NCBI GenBank assembly: GCA_951406725.2
Contig: OX597814.1
Span: forward strand, 218,612,001-218,676,000
Direction of reading: 5' to 3'
Length of the DNA: 64,000 nt
Source: Octopus vulgaris
Lineage: Eukaryota
Under the pieces are notes generated by a model. The model made no database searches. It had not been told where the DNA came from and worked only from the letters and a program-made list of their open reading frames with translations. The position numbers and the translations under genes are program-made. The number at the start of each line of letters is the position of its first letter. Within the stretch, counting starts at the first letter, position 1. Positions 38,241-50,651 of this stretch are shown one piece after another.

Positions 38241-39682
38241 AAAAATGCAAGTGAGACAGCTAAGCTGAACTGATATAAAGCCCAAACAATTCACAAGATT
38301 ACGTAACAGGATGGCGGTGCATAAATCACAAATTAGAAACCCTGAATACCGGAAAATACCGGTCAGCGGACACATAGATAGATGTGCTGGAAATGTAAAT
38401 CCCAAATTTACAACTTAGCCGCTTTATAAATTCAGTGACAACGTAACCTTCACGCAACGCCAAAATAAAGAACTGTATTTCATCAAAAAATTTAGACCAA
38501 GTTTGAACACCCTGGGCCAGGAATATTAAAACAAAAGATTGGTCCTCCGAAAAGGAGAAGCGAAATTCTACCACGGCCGCTGCCTTAAACAGTCACTCAC
38601 ACTGACAGAAATATGTCTTAGGGAAAGAAAAAAATTATAAAAAGATCTCTACGAGCAGATCTAATCCTGATTCGTCAAGAAACTGATGACGTATTACCTC
38701 AGTGGGCAAGCTATTGTCACCCTGCTTGGTCGGTTTCCACATACGATACAGCTAAGGGTCAGACCCGATTCTGATTGGTCAAAACATTGATGACGTCTCG
38801 TTCTGCTGGACTAGCCACCTAACGGGATGATTGGTCAAAACATTGATGACGTCTCGTTCCGCTGGACTAGCCACCTAACAGGATACAGTCATGGGTCACA
38901 TCTAATACAGCTATAGGTCAGACCCGATTCTGATTGGTCAAAACATTGATGACGTCTCGTTCTGCACTAACGGGATGATTGGTCAAAACATTGATGACGT
39001 CCCGTTCTGCTGGACTAGCCACCTAACGAGATGATTGGTCAAAACATTGATGACGTCTCGTTCCGCTGGACTAGCCACCTAACAGGATACAGTCATGGAT
39101 CAGATCAAATTTCAATCCGTCAAAAACAAGGATGACATATTTCTTCCGTGGCCAAACTGTCGTTCTGCTTGGTTGGTTTCCTAACAGGATATATTCGTTG
39201 AGACTGAGTTTTGATTGGTTGGGAACTATATGACGTCAGTGAAAAATGCAAGTGAGACAGCTAAGCTGAACTGATATAAAGCCCAAACAATTCACAAGAT
39301 TCACCATACTAACAGACACCAACCAAAAGTCATTACAGTTGCTCCCATTGTAACACAAGGTAAAATCTAAAATGAATTCCTCGCTTTCTCAAGAACATGA
39401 ATTTTTTATATTGAATGCATATCACCACTATGAACTACTATATCATACTCTTTAAACATATAGCATTGACTCGCTTTACTATATATGAATTTATGTCTGA
39501 CTCTATTGAATATTATATATGAATTTTTTATATTTGATAGCATGAACTATCTTTTTTATATATAAATTTTTTTTGATTAAGGTTCGTCATTTCAAGAACC
39601 GAAACATGTTAAATAAATAATGTATATATAAAAATTAAAATTTGTCTAATATAGCAGCATTTTCAAACTTCATTTTTTACAA

Positions 39683-39690
<8 letters not shown>
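38241..39690 (+). mobile_element. 5'-truncated Penelope-like element: GIY-YIG C-terminal remnant (38296-38529), internal minisatellite, 60-bp direct repeat, ends in (TA)n
   Basis: Manual translation RLRNRMAVHKSQIRNPEYRKIPVSGHIDRC...*PLYKF...RQNKELYFIKKFRPSLN; aaaatgcaagtgagacagctaagctg repeated at 38241 and 39243. Confidence 0.75.
38740..39110. repeat. ~50-bp minisatellite gattggtcaaaacattgatgacgtctcgttc..ctggactagccacctaac
   Basis: Five clear copies plus degenerate flanking copies. Confidence 0.9.
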
Positions 39691-39721
<31 letters not shown>

Positions 39722-39737
39722 TATATGTATGTATATG

Positions 39738-39928
<191 letters not shown>

Positions 39929-39947
39929 ATATATATATATATGTATG

Positions 39948-39997
<50 letters not shown>

Positions 39998-40117
39998 ACA
40001 ATCAAGGAACGGCCATAATAGGCCATTCACCCACTAGAAATAACAGCCAAAGCTTCAACCGCAAATAAAAATTAATTCCGTAAACCAGGAGAAAATTTAA
40101 AAAACATTTACCCTGTA

Positions 40118-40224
40118 ATTTCTTATACGATGCACCGTTTCATCTGCTGATTAATGGTAAACTAACCTGATTAAATTAAATCAAGCCAATCTTCCATAGG
40201 CCCTCAGATTCTTCCGTAGGAAAT
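40118..40224 (-). ncRNA. Hammerhead copy with core mutation (CGGAAGA), probably inactive
   Basis: Reverse complement of 40671-40777 with U4>G and a stem I change. Confidence 0.7.
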
Positions 40225-40670
40225 AGCCCAAGTCGGAACAGATATTTTCACGAGGCATTTCCGACCTTGCCTAGGTTATATCTGACCTAAAATTTTCAAA
40301 TCGTCGCACTCGCGCCAAATTTATCGGCAGCAAATAAATATAAGCCGTCGATTCCATTACGGAATTAACCAGAAAATTCATAATTAATCAATATAGGGTG
40401 GCAAAAAAATTTTGTAGAATTTTTTTGCCACCAGCGGCCTAGTGGGAAAAAATTAAATAGTCATAGACCATTTTTAAGTTCAACATCAACAATCAAGGAA
40501 CGGCCATAATAGGCCATTACCTATGGTTAATTCCGTAATGGAATCGACGGCTTATATTTATTTGCTGCCGATAAATTTGGCGCGAGTGCGACGATTTGAA
40601 AATTTTAGGTCAGATATAACCTAGGCAAGGTCGGAAATGCCTCGTGAAAATATCTGTTCCGACTTGGGCT

Positions 40671-40777
40671 ATTTCTTACTGAAGAATCTGAGGGCCTATG
40701 GAAGATTGGCTTGATTTAATTTAATCAGGTTAGTTTACCATTAATCAGCAGATGAAACGGTGCATCGTATAAGAAAT
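40671..40777 (+). ncRNA. Type I hammerhead ribozyme
   Basis: Stem I ATTTCTTA/TAAGAAAT (8 bp); core CTGAAGA; stem II ATCTG/CAGAT; GAAA; stem III CGGTGCATCG; GTA cleavage after 40769. Confidence 0.88.
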
Positions 40778-41160
40778 TACAGGGTAAATGTTTTTAAATT
40801 TTCTCCTGGTTTACGGAATTAATTTTTATTTGCGGTTGAAGCTTTGGCTGTTATTTCTAGTGGGTGAATGGCCTATTATGGCCGTTCCTTGATTGTTGAT
40901 GTTGAACTTAAAAATGATCTATGACTATTTAATTTTTCCCACTAGGCCGCTGGTGGCAAAAAAATTCTACAAAATTTTTTTTGCCACCCTATATTGATTA
41001 ATTATGAATTTTCTGGTTAATTCCGTAATGGAATCGACGGCTTATATTTATTTGCTGCCGATAAATTTGGCGCGAGTGCGACGATTTGAAAATTTTAGGT
41101 CAGATATAACCTAGGCAAGGTCGGAAATGCCTCGTGAAAATATCTGTTCCGACTTGGGCT

Positions 41161-41267
41161 ATTTCTTACTGAAGAATCTGAGGGCCTATGGAAGATTGGC
41201 TTGATTTAATTTAATCAGGTTAGTTTACCATTAATCAGCAGATGAAACGATGCATCGTATAAGAAAT
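41161..41267 (+). ncRNA. Type I hammerhead ribozyme (second tandem copy)
   Basis: Same fold; perfect palindromic stem III CGATGCATCG; cleavage after 41259. Confidence 0.9.
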
Positions 41268-41506
41268 TACAGGGTAAATGTTTTTTAAATTTTCTCCTGG
41301 TTTACGGAATTAATTTTTATTTGCGGTTGAAGCTTTGGCTGTTATTTCTAGTGGGTGAATGGCCTATTATGGCCGTTCCTTGATTGTTGATGTTGAACTT
41401 AAAAATGGTCTATGACTATTTAATTTTTTCCCACTAGGCCGCTGGTGGCAAAAAAATTCTACAAAATTTTTTTGCCACCCTATATTGATTAATTATATAT
41501 ATATAT

Positions 41507-41775
41507 GGAGGTGCAATGGCCCAGTGGTTAGGGCAGCGGACTCGCGGTCGTAGGATTGCGGTTTCGATTCCCAGACCAGGCGTTGTGAGTATTTATTGAC
41601 CGAAAACACCTAAAGCTCCACGAGACTCCGACAGGGAGTGGTGGCGATCCCTGCTGTACTCTTTCGCCATAACTTTCTCTCACTCTTTCTTCTTAGCTAG
41701 CGGGGTGGCGTCATGTGAAGCGCATTGTGACCAGCGATGTGTAGCAACATCTGAAAGCCTGGTCGGTCACGGTGA
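41507..41775 (+). mobile_element. SINE with a family A head and a different 3' module
   Basis: Matches family A up to ..ctctcactctt, then unrelated sequence ending in (TA)n. Confidence 0.75.
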
Positions 41776-42278
41776 TATATATACTGTATATATGCATAAT
41801 TAGATTTTTTGTTGTTTGTGTATATATGTGTGTGTTTCTGTGTCTTTCAACATATAGACAACGCAACACAGACTTTAAAAAGGACTTTCACTCTAAACAA
41901 TTTATGAACAATTTATGTACATAATTAACAAATATTTTTACCGACAGCGTAGCAACAGTAATTTGTGAATTTGTGAATTTTTATATAAACTCAGTGCATA
42001 TGTCAAACAACAAACATCAACCGAATTTTTCTGTAATTCTTCTAAGTTGTAGATAAATATTTATGCTACTTTTATTATTATTGTAGAAGAGAAAGGGGGA
42101 ACGCAAGTCTTCTTCAGTACTTGTTGCAATAACTTAATACAAATTTAACCATTCATTCTCAAAAAGAACTATCTGAACTGCTGGAATATAAATGATCCAA
42201 ACGCTAAGTACATCTTAGAAAAAGCTTTATTACTAAAGATTATCTCTACCAGTAACGTTGATGCTATATGACCCCACC

Positions 42279-42313
<35 letters not shown>

Positions 42314-42336
42314 TGTATGTATGTATGTATGTATGT

Positions 42337-43308
42337 ATTGTTGCTTTCGGAAAGCTAGAAAAGCGCCTCTGGAGTCGGCGAGACATATGCAGAAAGACAA
42401 AGATAAAGGTGTACAAGGCATGTGTGCTCCCTTCTCTTCTCTATGCCTGCGAGACGTGGGTCACATATCGATACCACCTTAAACATCTGGAACGTTTCCA
42501 TCAGATGTGCCTCAGGCGGATCGATAGCATTAAGTGGAAGGACCGCATCAGTGATCTTGAAATACTCGAAGGCTCTCGGTGTGTAAGTATAGAAGCTCTT
42601 GTGTTAAAGCAAAGGCTCAGATGCAGTGGTCATCTGGTCAGAATGAAGGATTCAAGGATGCCAAAACAACTCTTTTATGGAGAGTTAGCTAAAGGAGAAC
42701 GATCTCCACATAAACCAAAAAAGAGGTATAAGGACTTGCTGAAGGCTTCCTTAAGAGATGCTTGCATCTCTCCTGACACATGGGAAGGCATAGCTATTGA
42801 TCGTAGCAGGTGGAGAAGGATTGCGCATGAGGGGACAGCCACGTTTGAGAAATCTCGAGTTGCACATGAGAAAGTAAGGAGGGATGTCAGGAAGGGCATC
42901 GCTGTTACACTTCCAGAAGGGAAGGGTCTTCCTTTGATTCTGACATGCAATGTCTGTGCAAGACTCTGCCTCAGTAAAGCTGGACTCATGAGTCATCTTC
43001 GTAGTCATAAAACGAGACAGATGAGTGACAACCTGGCCACTGGTGGTGGTGTAACACACCATACTAATCATATCTGTCGGGCATGTGGAAGAGAGTGTAA
43101 TTCGGCAGGAGGATTTAAACGACATGCAAAGGTACATGAAGCCCAGTTACAACTACAGCCGGCTTTTTACCGGTAAAGGTCTTAGTTGCCAATTCTGTAC
43201 AAGACATTGTAGATCTTTAACTGGGCTAAAAAGTCACATTCGATCACAGCACCAGTAACAGTTAAGCTTCGTGCAATGGCCATACTCGATAACGAGGGGG
43301 CAGCAATA

Positions 43309-43309
<1 letters not shown>
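42337..43309 (+). pseudogene. 5'-truncated RTE-clade LINE (ORF C-terminus) with terminal C2H2 zinc fingers
   Basis: AFGKLEKRLW..TKIKVYKACVLPSLLYACETW..LERFHQMCLRRI..GHLVRM.DSRMPKQLFYGEL..KRYKD.LK are RTE/BovB-type motifs. Confidence 0.9.
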
Positions 43310-43339
<30 letters not shown>

Positions 43340-43468
43340 TGTATGTATGTATGTATGTATGTATGTATGTATGTATTTATGTATGTATGTATGTATGTAT
43401 GTATGTATGTATGTATATATGTATGTATGTATGTATGTTTGTGTGTATGTATGTGTGTATGTATGTAT

Positions 43469-43505
<37 letters not shown>

Positions 43506-43942
43506 AGGTTGTCAAGTATGAAATTTATAGAAAAGAAAAAAAGTTTCCTAATGTTTTATAAATATAAGGAAAAGTTTTATTCATATACGCAAAATGAGTT
43601 AGAATAAAGAAATAGATATGTCAGCTTTCTAACAAAAGATAGAGATTGTCAAAATATAATAATGGCACAAAATGAGCAGCTGTCAACGGTTACAATATAC
43701 CTTACTACAAATTTTATACTTGACGACCTAATCTATGTATGTATGTATGTATGTATGTATGTATGTATGTATGTATGTATGTATGTATGTATGTATGTAT
43801 GTTTGTATTTGTATTATAAACATTTAATAACGACAGATGTATTTCTGGGATAACTGGAAGCCGAAATGTTAGAAAGAGAGGGAAAGAGAGATTTCAGTAA
43901 GAAGTGTTTCCAACCTACGTTTGAATCGATTTACTTTCGTCT

Positions 43943-44042
43943 NNNNNNNNNNNNNNNNNNNNNNNNNNNNNNNNNNNNNNNNNNNNNNNNNNNNNNNNNN
44001 NNNNNNNNNNNNNNNNNNNNNNNNNNNNNNNNNNNNNNNNNN
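43943..44042. other. Assembly gap (100 N)
   Basis: Run of N. Confidence 0.99.
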
Positions 44043-44942
44043 TAATTTTTCTGTATAACATAACTTACTAACTACTAGCCACCTCATAAAAATGAGCCTT
44101 CTGACTAAACAAAACAAGTTAGATATATTCCTTCAAGTGCGGTTTTACATCACATTCTACAGAACTGCATGTACAAAAACCCAAACGCGGACGCTCCCAA
44201 GTCTGGTTCCATGGCAGCTAATGACTGGCTCCCTACAAAGATTGAAATCACTTTGCAGCGATTACGTATGTACTCTCTTTGATCTGAAGAACGGTAAAAG
44301 TGGCTGAATGAAATAGTAAGAAGCAACCGGATGAGAAGTCGGTTGCTATTCTGCCACTGTACTTCCATTGTTTTAGTAAAGACACTTAACCCTTTGCTTG
44401 TCCAGTGTATCGTATGTGATGCATAGGAGATATTTTCTGGGCGTCCATGCATCATATATGTACACATTCCAAGTTTTCTCATCCACCAGAGTAACTTGGG
44501 ACTTATGAAAGGGAAGCTTTATATTACTCAGAATGTATGAAAAAAGAGCGAACTAAATGTCTGTAAACAAGCTTGGATGTTTCGAACAAACTTACGAAAA
44601 TGCTTTGGACAGGCAGAGAGTTAAATATAAAGGAACAAGTCCAGCCAGCAGTAAGCGGGTATTGCAGAGTAGTATGCTCTATCGCTTAATACAGCAATGG
44701 TATTGAGATATTGTCGAATGTTTGGCTGACATGTGGAACTGAATTCACTTCCCTTCTTTTGTTATCGCTGAATCAGAAGGGAGAAAAGACAGTATCTAGA
44801 ACATCCGAAGCTTGTCCCGAAGTCTAACCCTAAGTTTTTTTCAGAATCATAATCTCCGTAGCCGAAATTAAATAAAAAAGGGGTGTTTTTGGAGGGTACA
44901 AAAGTTAATCTTGCCATATATATATATGTATATATATATATA

Positions 44943-45037
<95 letters not shown>

Positions 45038-45046
45038 ATGTATATA

Positions 45047-45117
<71 letters not shown>

Positions 45118-45379
45118 CGATATATCGATATGTCGACATGAACAAGTCCTTCGGTACTAACGACCATACTAAATCGAAGCAACTAAAGAGACAACACCTT
45201 CTTCCTGTGATTCACTCCATGTCTCTGTTAGAAATGAAAGATGGAAAAGACATGAAGGAGAAGATAAACCACTTGGAATGATTCCTGATTCCTACACGAG
45301 ATTTTAAATATCCAAATCTTGAGAGAAGAAACCGAGAAAGAAAGCGGGGAAAATGAGTGACAGAACAAGAGGAGGTTAG

Positions 45380-45462
<83 letters not shown>

Positions 45463-45624
45463 TGTGAGGCAAACCAAGGAAAGTTCGCGTGCCTCCATCA
45501 TTCTAAGACATAAAGCAGGAATGACATGAAATAGCCATTAAAAGTAGTATTGAATTCTTTCCGAAGAATATCTGAGATCGATGGAAACGTATACAGACAC
45601 ACAAGCATGTATGTGCGTGCGTAC

Positions 45625-45667
<43 letters not shown>

Positions 45668-46011
45668 CGTGCGTGTCTGTACTGCGTGCATCGAAGTTGA
45701 CACATTAGGGAGTTTCGACGATGACGGATGAGCAGCTTACTTTTCATTCTTCTCACTCACACTCTAACCACCACCACCACCACCACCACCACGACAACAA
45801 CAACAATAACGACGACGACAACGACACTCACACTACAACTACAACTGCTATTACCACCACCACCACCACTATTATTATCGCTACTACTACAGCTACGATC
45901 AACATCACACAACCGCCAAACCTCACTCAATTTTGATTTGATTGCTAATTAAATATATGTTGCGAATCTGGAAACATGATTATCGTCACGAAAATCGAGA
46001 GAGAGCGAGAA

Positions 46012-46042
<31 letters not shown>

Positions 46043-46344
46043 AAGGAGGGAGTGGGGGCTGTTGTTGGTGGTGGAGAATGTAATAATACAAAAGCAGAAC
46101 AAATAATGCGTGCACCTATAAACCTGTTCAGCTATATGATAACTGACGTAATCTTTGATTAAGTAGAATGTTAACCCAACCACACCAGGACTAAAACAAA
46201 TTAAAACTGTAGCCGTGAGACAAGATTGAAACCACTTCATCCGTTTCTCTTTCCTACTTTCAGTGCTGACTCATTACAAGAAGACTGCTGTCATAACTTT
46301 AAAAAAAAAACAAAACGATCAAAATAAAATGAAAATGTTTCTTG

Positions 46345-46700
46345 ATTTAGGCACGAGGATAGCAATTTGTAGAAGAGATGGGGCCAGGCGATACCTTCGA
46401 ACCCAGCATTTGATTGTTACTTTATTTTATCGATTCCGGAAGGATGAACGGCAAAGTTGATCTCAGTTGCATTTGAACTTAGCTAATGGTTTCTGATTTA
46501 GGTACAAGGTCAGAAATTTGGTGAGGAACTAGTTAGTCGATATCATTGACTCGAGTACTTGACTTGTACTCTATTTTATCGACTGCGAAAGGATAAAAGG
46601 CAAAGTTCAACCCGGCAGGAGTTGAAAAGTATAGAGTCAGAAGAAATACTGCAAGACATTTTCCTCGACCCTGCAATAATTTTGTCAGATCGCAGCATTG
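46345..46700 (-). mobile_element. Two adjacent diverged SINE family C fragments
   Basis: Two ttttatcga..gaaggat.aa.ggcaaagtt segments. Confidence 0.6.
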
Positions 46701-46852
46701 AAATAGAAATAAAATATGATAGAAATAAATTAAAATAAAAATGTCCCCTAAAGGTCTAGTGCAGGCATTCCTAGACGAGGTAAGAATGGTTTGGTAATAT
46801 GTAATTTGATTTACCAGAAGTTTAGTTCCATGTCAGTCCTCATTGTGTAGAC

Positions 46853-47439
46853 CAGTGGTTCTCAAACGGGGTCCACACGACCCCTGAAGATCCATATAAG
46901 ATTTGGGTGGGTTGGGGAGGGCACGCTAGCAAAATAGTAAATTGGCAATCTACTGTAGTATTTTAAAGGTCCATGAAAGAATTTTGCCTTAGATGTATTA
47001 ATTGCAAGAAACAGCTCGATTTCTTTCCATGACGTTTTGTGAAGTTCAACCGACACAAGTGAATATGTGATAAGCAAAATGAGAATGTTGAAAGACATAT
47101 CAATAAAACTATTTTTAAACATCAAAAGGTTATGGGGTCCACCAGAGAAAAAGGGTAAACAAAGGCGGCGAGCTGGCAGAAACGTTAGCACGCCGGGCGA
47201 AATGCGTAGCTGTACTTCGTCTGCCGTTACGTTCTGAGTTCAAATTCTGCCGAGGTCGACTTTGCCTTTCATCCTTTCGGGGTCGATAAATTAAGTACCA
47301 GTTACGCACTGGGGTCGATGTAATCGACTTAATACCTATGTCTGTCCTTGTTTAACCTCTCTGTGTTTAGCCCCTTGTGGGTAATAAAGAAATAGGTAAA
47401 CAAAGGGGTCCATAGATAAAAAATGGTCGAGGAACACTT
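46853..47439. mobile_element. hAT (Charlie-like) MITE containing a nested SINE C
   Basis: Left TIR cagtggttctcaa; degenerate right TIR tcgaggaacactt; 8-bp TSD gtgtagac/gtgtagag. Confidence 0.7.
47164..47394 (+). mobile_element. SINE family C, full length
   Basis: TSD ggtaaacaaa; tRNA-like head; central gcctttcatcctttcggggtcgataaa domain. Confidence 0.88.
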
Positions 47440-48915
47440 GTGTAGAGCGATCATCAAATGCGTTCCAACAATAGTCATCCATTCATTTTTTCCCGGACAC
47501 TTTGTCTCTTGAACTATATTACCAAAAGTGTCTTACCCATTTTCTGTTTAAGATGAGAGGACATGATTTGAAGGCGATGAGCTTTAGTTTTTATTTCTCG
47601 CATTTCAGCTAACAACATAGAATCTCCCGCATTGATTTCTAATTCTATAAGCTGGCGCATGCAGTGGGATGAGGGAATGAATTCTCGACCGGGTGCAATT
47701 CTATGGAGGCAGAATTGTGAAAATGTTTGCTTCCGGGTACCAAACTGAAATGTGACAGACGTGACAAAAGAAGGAAAAGTAGATTCTATCGATAAAATTT
47801 GGGAGGGAGTGGAAGAGAGTCAGCAAGTTTAGAGAAGCATCGGTAGAAGAGATATTGATGACACAGTACATTGGTGAATCATTGGTTGTAGTGTGTTAGT
47901 GACTGGAGTTTTGTTTTACGATTAATAATATTACAGGATATGACCAAGAATTTGAGTTTACGTATGTACTGTGCGTGCGTGCGCGTGTGTGTGTGTTATT
48001 AAATGAGAGAAGTAGTGGCAGAATAAGTGACGGGTAGCTAAGAGACTCTGCTTGGTTCAATTAGCGACCATTTAAAGAATTAGTGTCTGGCCAATGTATA
48101 ACAAGGATTTATTGTGATATATAACGTTTATATCAATAATTAATTTTCTATTTACAATTTCGAGTAAAATTATTATCTTAAAAGAACATTGCTCAATGGG
48201 TCAAAGTTTGGCAGTTTATATTGTCTCTCAGCTTTATTAATTAGATTTTCGACCTTAGAACAAGCTGACCAGCTAAAGAACTGGGACAGGAGTTTATGCT
48301 ATTACTTCTTAGGAACTGGAGAACTATGAGTCGAGATCTAAGGACGACAAAAGCATAATTTTCAATATCCCGGTTTACTTAAAGGAAATGAATGTCGACA
48401 GAGCTTTTGTACAACAGGGGTCATTGTTGCACATTTTTGTGGTTTTGTATTTTACCTTTGACTTGTTCCAGTCATTAGACTGTTGCCCTGCTGGAGTATC
48501 ACCTGGAAGGGTTTATTCGAACAAATCAAGCACGGTACTTACTTTTAAGTTTGGTGTTTATTCTACTGGTTTCTTTTTTGCCAAACAGCAGAGTTACAGT
48601 GACGTAAATAAACCAGCACCGGTTGTCATGCGATGGTAGAGGGGAAATAAAAACACTAAAACGCAATCAGACATATATACATCCATGCTTTTCGAGATCC
48701 CCTTCTTCTTATCAAAGTAGTTGCTCTCCATCTCATTCTAGCGATGAGAGAGTTGGTTTTTAGGAGCATTAATTCAAAGTACGTCCTTTTGTTGTTCGAT
48801 CCCCCTTCGGGTGGTCTCCTTTCATCCAAATTCCCTGTCCCGTATCAATGTAAGAAATCCTTATTAATTGTGGTAGCTGCAAGGCTCTGACAGCAAACTG
48901 CTACTTTAATACTCC

Positions 48916-49200
48916 CTTTTACTCTTTTCTCTTTTACTTGTTTCAGTCATTTGACTGTGCCCATGCTGGAGCACCGCCTTTAGTCGAGCAAATCGACCCC
49001 AACACTTATTCTTTGTAAGCCTAGTACTTATTCTATCGGTTTCTTTTGCCGAACCGCTAAGTTACGGGAACGTAAACACACCAGCGCCGGTTGTCAAGCG
49101 ATGTTGGGGGGACAAACACAGACACACAAACATACATACATACATGCATGCATACATACATACATACAAACATACATACATACATACATACATACATACA

Positions 49201-49274
<74 letters not shown>

Positions 49275-49350
49275 ACATATTTTATAGATAAATTTCCTCT
49301 ATTTACATAATATTGAGGTATCTTTCTTTTTTGTTATCTTACCGTTTTTA

Positions 49351-49402
<52 letters not shown>

Positions 49403-49433
49403 TAAAAACGGTAAGATAACAAAAGATATAGAT

Positions 49434-49464
<31 letters not shown>

Positions 49465-49622
49465 CGACGGGCTTCTTTCAGTTTCTGTCTACCAAATCCA
49501 CTCACAAGGCATTGGTCGGCCCGAGGCTATAGTAGAAGACACTTGCCCAAGGTGCCACGCAGTGGGACTGAACTCGGAACCATGTGGTTGGTAAGCAAGC
49601 TACTTACCACACAGCCACTCCT
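48916..49622 (-). mobile_element. SINE family B with expanded internal microsatellite and a secondary insertion
   Basis: Both halves match family B; the interior 49130-49465 is (CATA)n(TA)n plus inserted sequence. Confidence 0.9.
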
Positions 49623-50651
49623 CTTTACTTTTCTATGAAACCCGTGCTTCACATTCAAGCAATCGACTTTTCCTGAACGAATCTAAAATTGTATAAAAGC
49701 TTAATGGTGGTTGGCGGCTTCACAGCAGCGATTTCCTTTTTCTTTATTTGCTCTTTGAGAAGTCTTTCAGTTAATTTGCTTTGGATTTTGTTTTGAGTAT
49801 CTGACTCACAGATGTCAAATCTATGACTTTTTTTTTTTTTGGTAGTGGTGGGTGAGGATGCGCTGGAAGACCTCTTTGATTGAATAGATTTTTCTTTACC
49901 TGGCTCTGTTTACTGAAATGTCAAATATAACATTCCAAAATTGTTTACATCTAGATATACATCAAGCAGAAGCAAATACACACAGCTTGTCGGTATTCGT
50001 TTGTGAATCACATATGTCACATAAATAAGTTTTGAAGCTCTTTTCTCTGGTGAACGTTTTGGTTCATTCGATTATACTACAGTTGAAGCATACGCCTGCT
50101 TTAAAAAATTATTGTAGAATTATTCTATTTATTCAGTTTATATGGAGTTACACAGTTTTGTTTTTAGAAGCAATCTCAACCTGTGATATATATATATATA
50201 TATTTTGTCTTATCCAACATATTATACTTGAGAAGTTTACTCTTATCCTCGCCTATGCATTTGTGAGTGTAGACTTCTCAATAAGATTAGTCTTCCAGTT
50301 TCTTGATGTTGTTTTAGCATTGTAAACATTGCATACAAATCATACATGAAGTTTAGAGGCTTGACAACTCTAATGTTTATAATGTTACAGAAATCAATGA
50401 AAAATTTTGTAGAGTCACGAATGTTTTCAATATATTGTTATATTCCAAAGTCAATGGTCTCTGCTTCACAGTCACAATTTATACTAATATTCAAAAATTG
50501 TCGTATTAGCTTCGAGCTTATTTAAGTTATGCCGTTTCAAATTGAGTTCCTCTTGATAACATGCAAATAGTAGAATATTCCCAAACTAAAAATAAAATTT
50601 CCATCCAGGTGGCTGAGTTTTCCGAAGATACTTTCTCCTCCTTCACTCTCT

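Larger units (their letters stand above)
39995..41496. mobile_element. Retrozyme-like element: 490-bp unit, about 1.07 copies inverted (39995-40518) plus about 2 tandem copies (40524-41496), inserted in (TA)n
   Basis: Near-identical units with period 490-491; each carries a hammerhead; no ORF of 60 aa or more in the unit; flanked by (TA)n on both sides. Confidence 0.8.

Noticed and set aside
45721-45952. His/Asn/Thr-rich short ORFs
   Set aside because: Trinucleotide repeat patch without splice signals or domain support.
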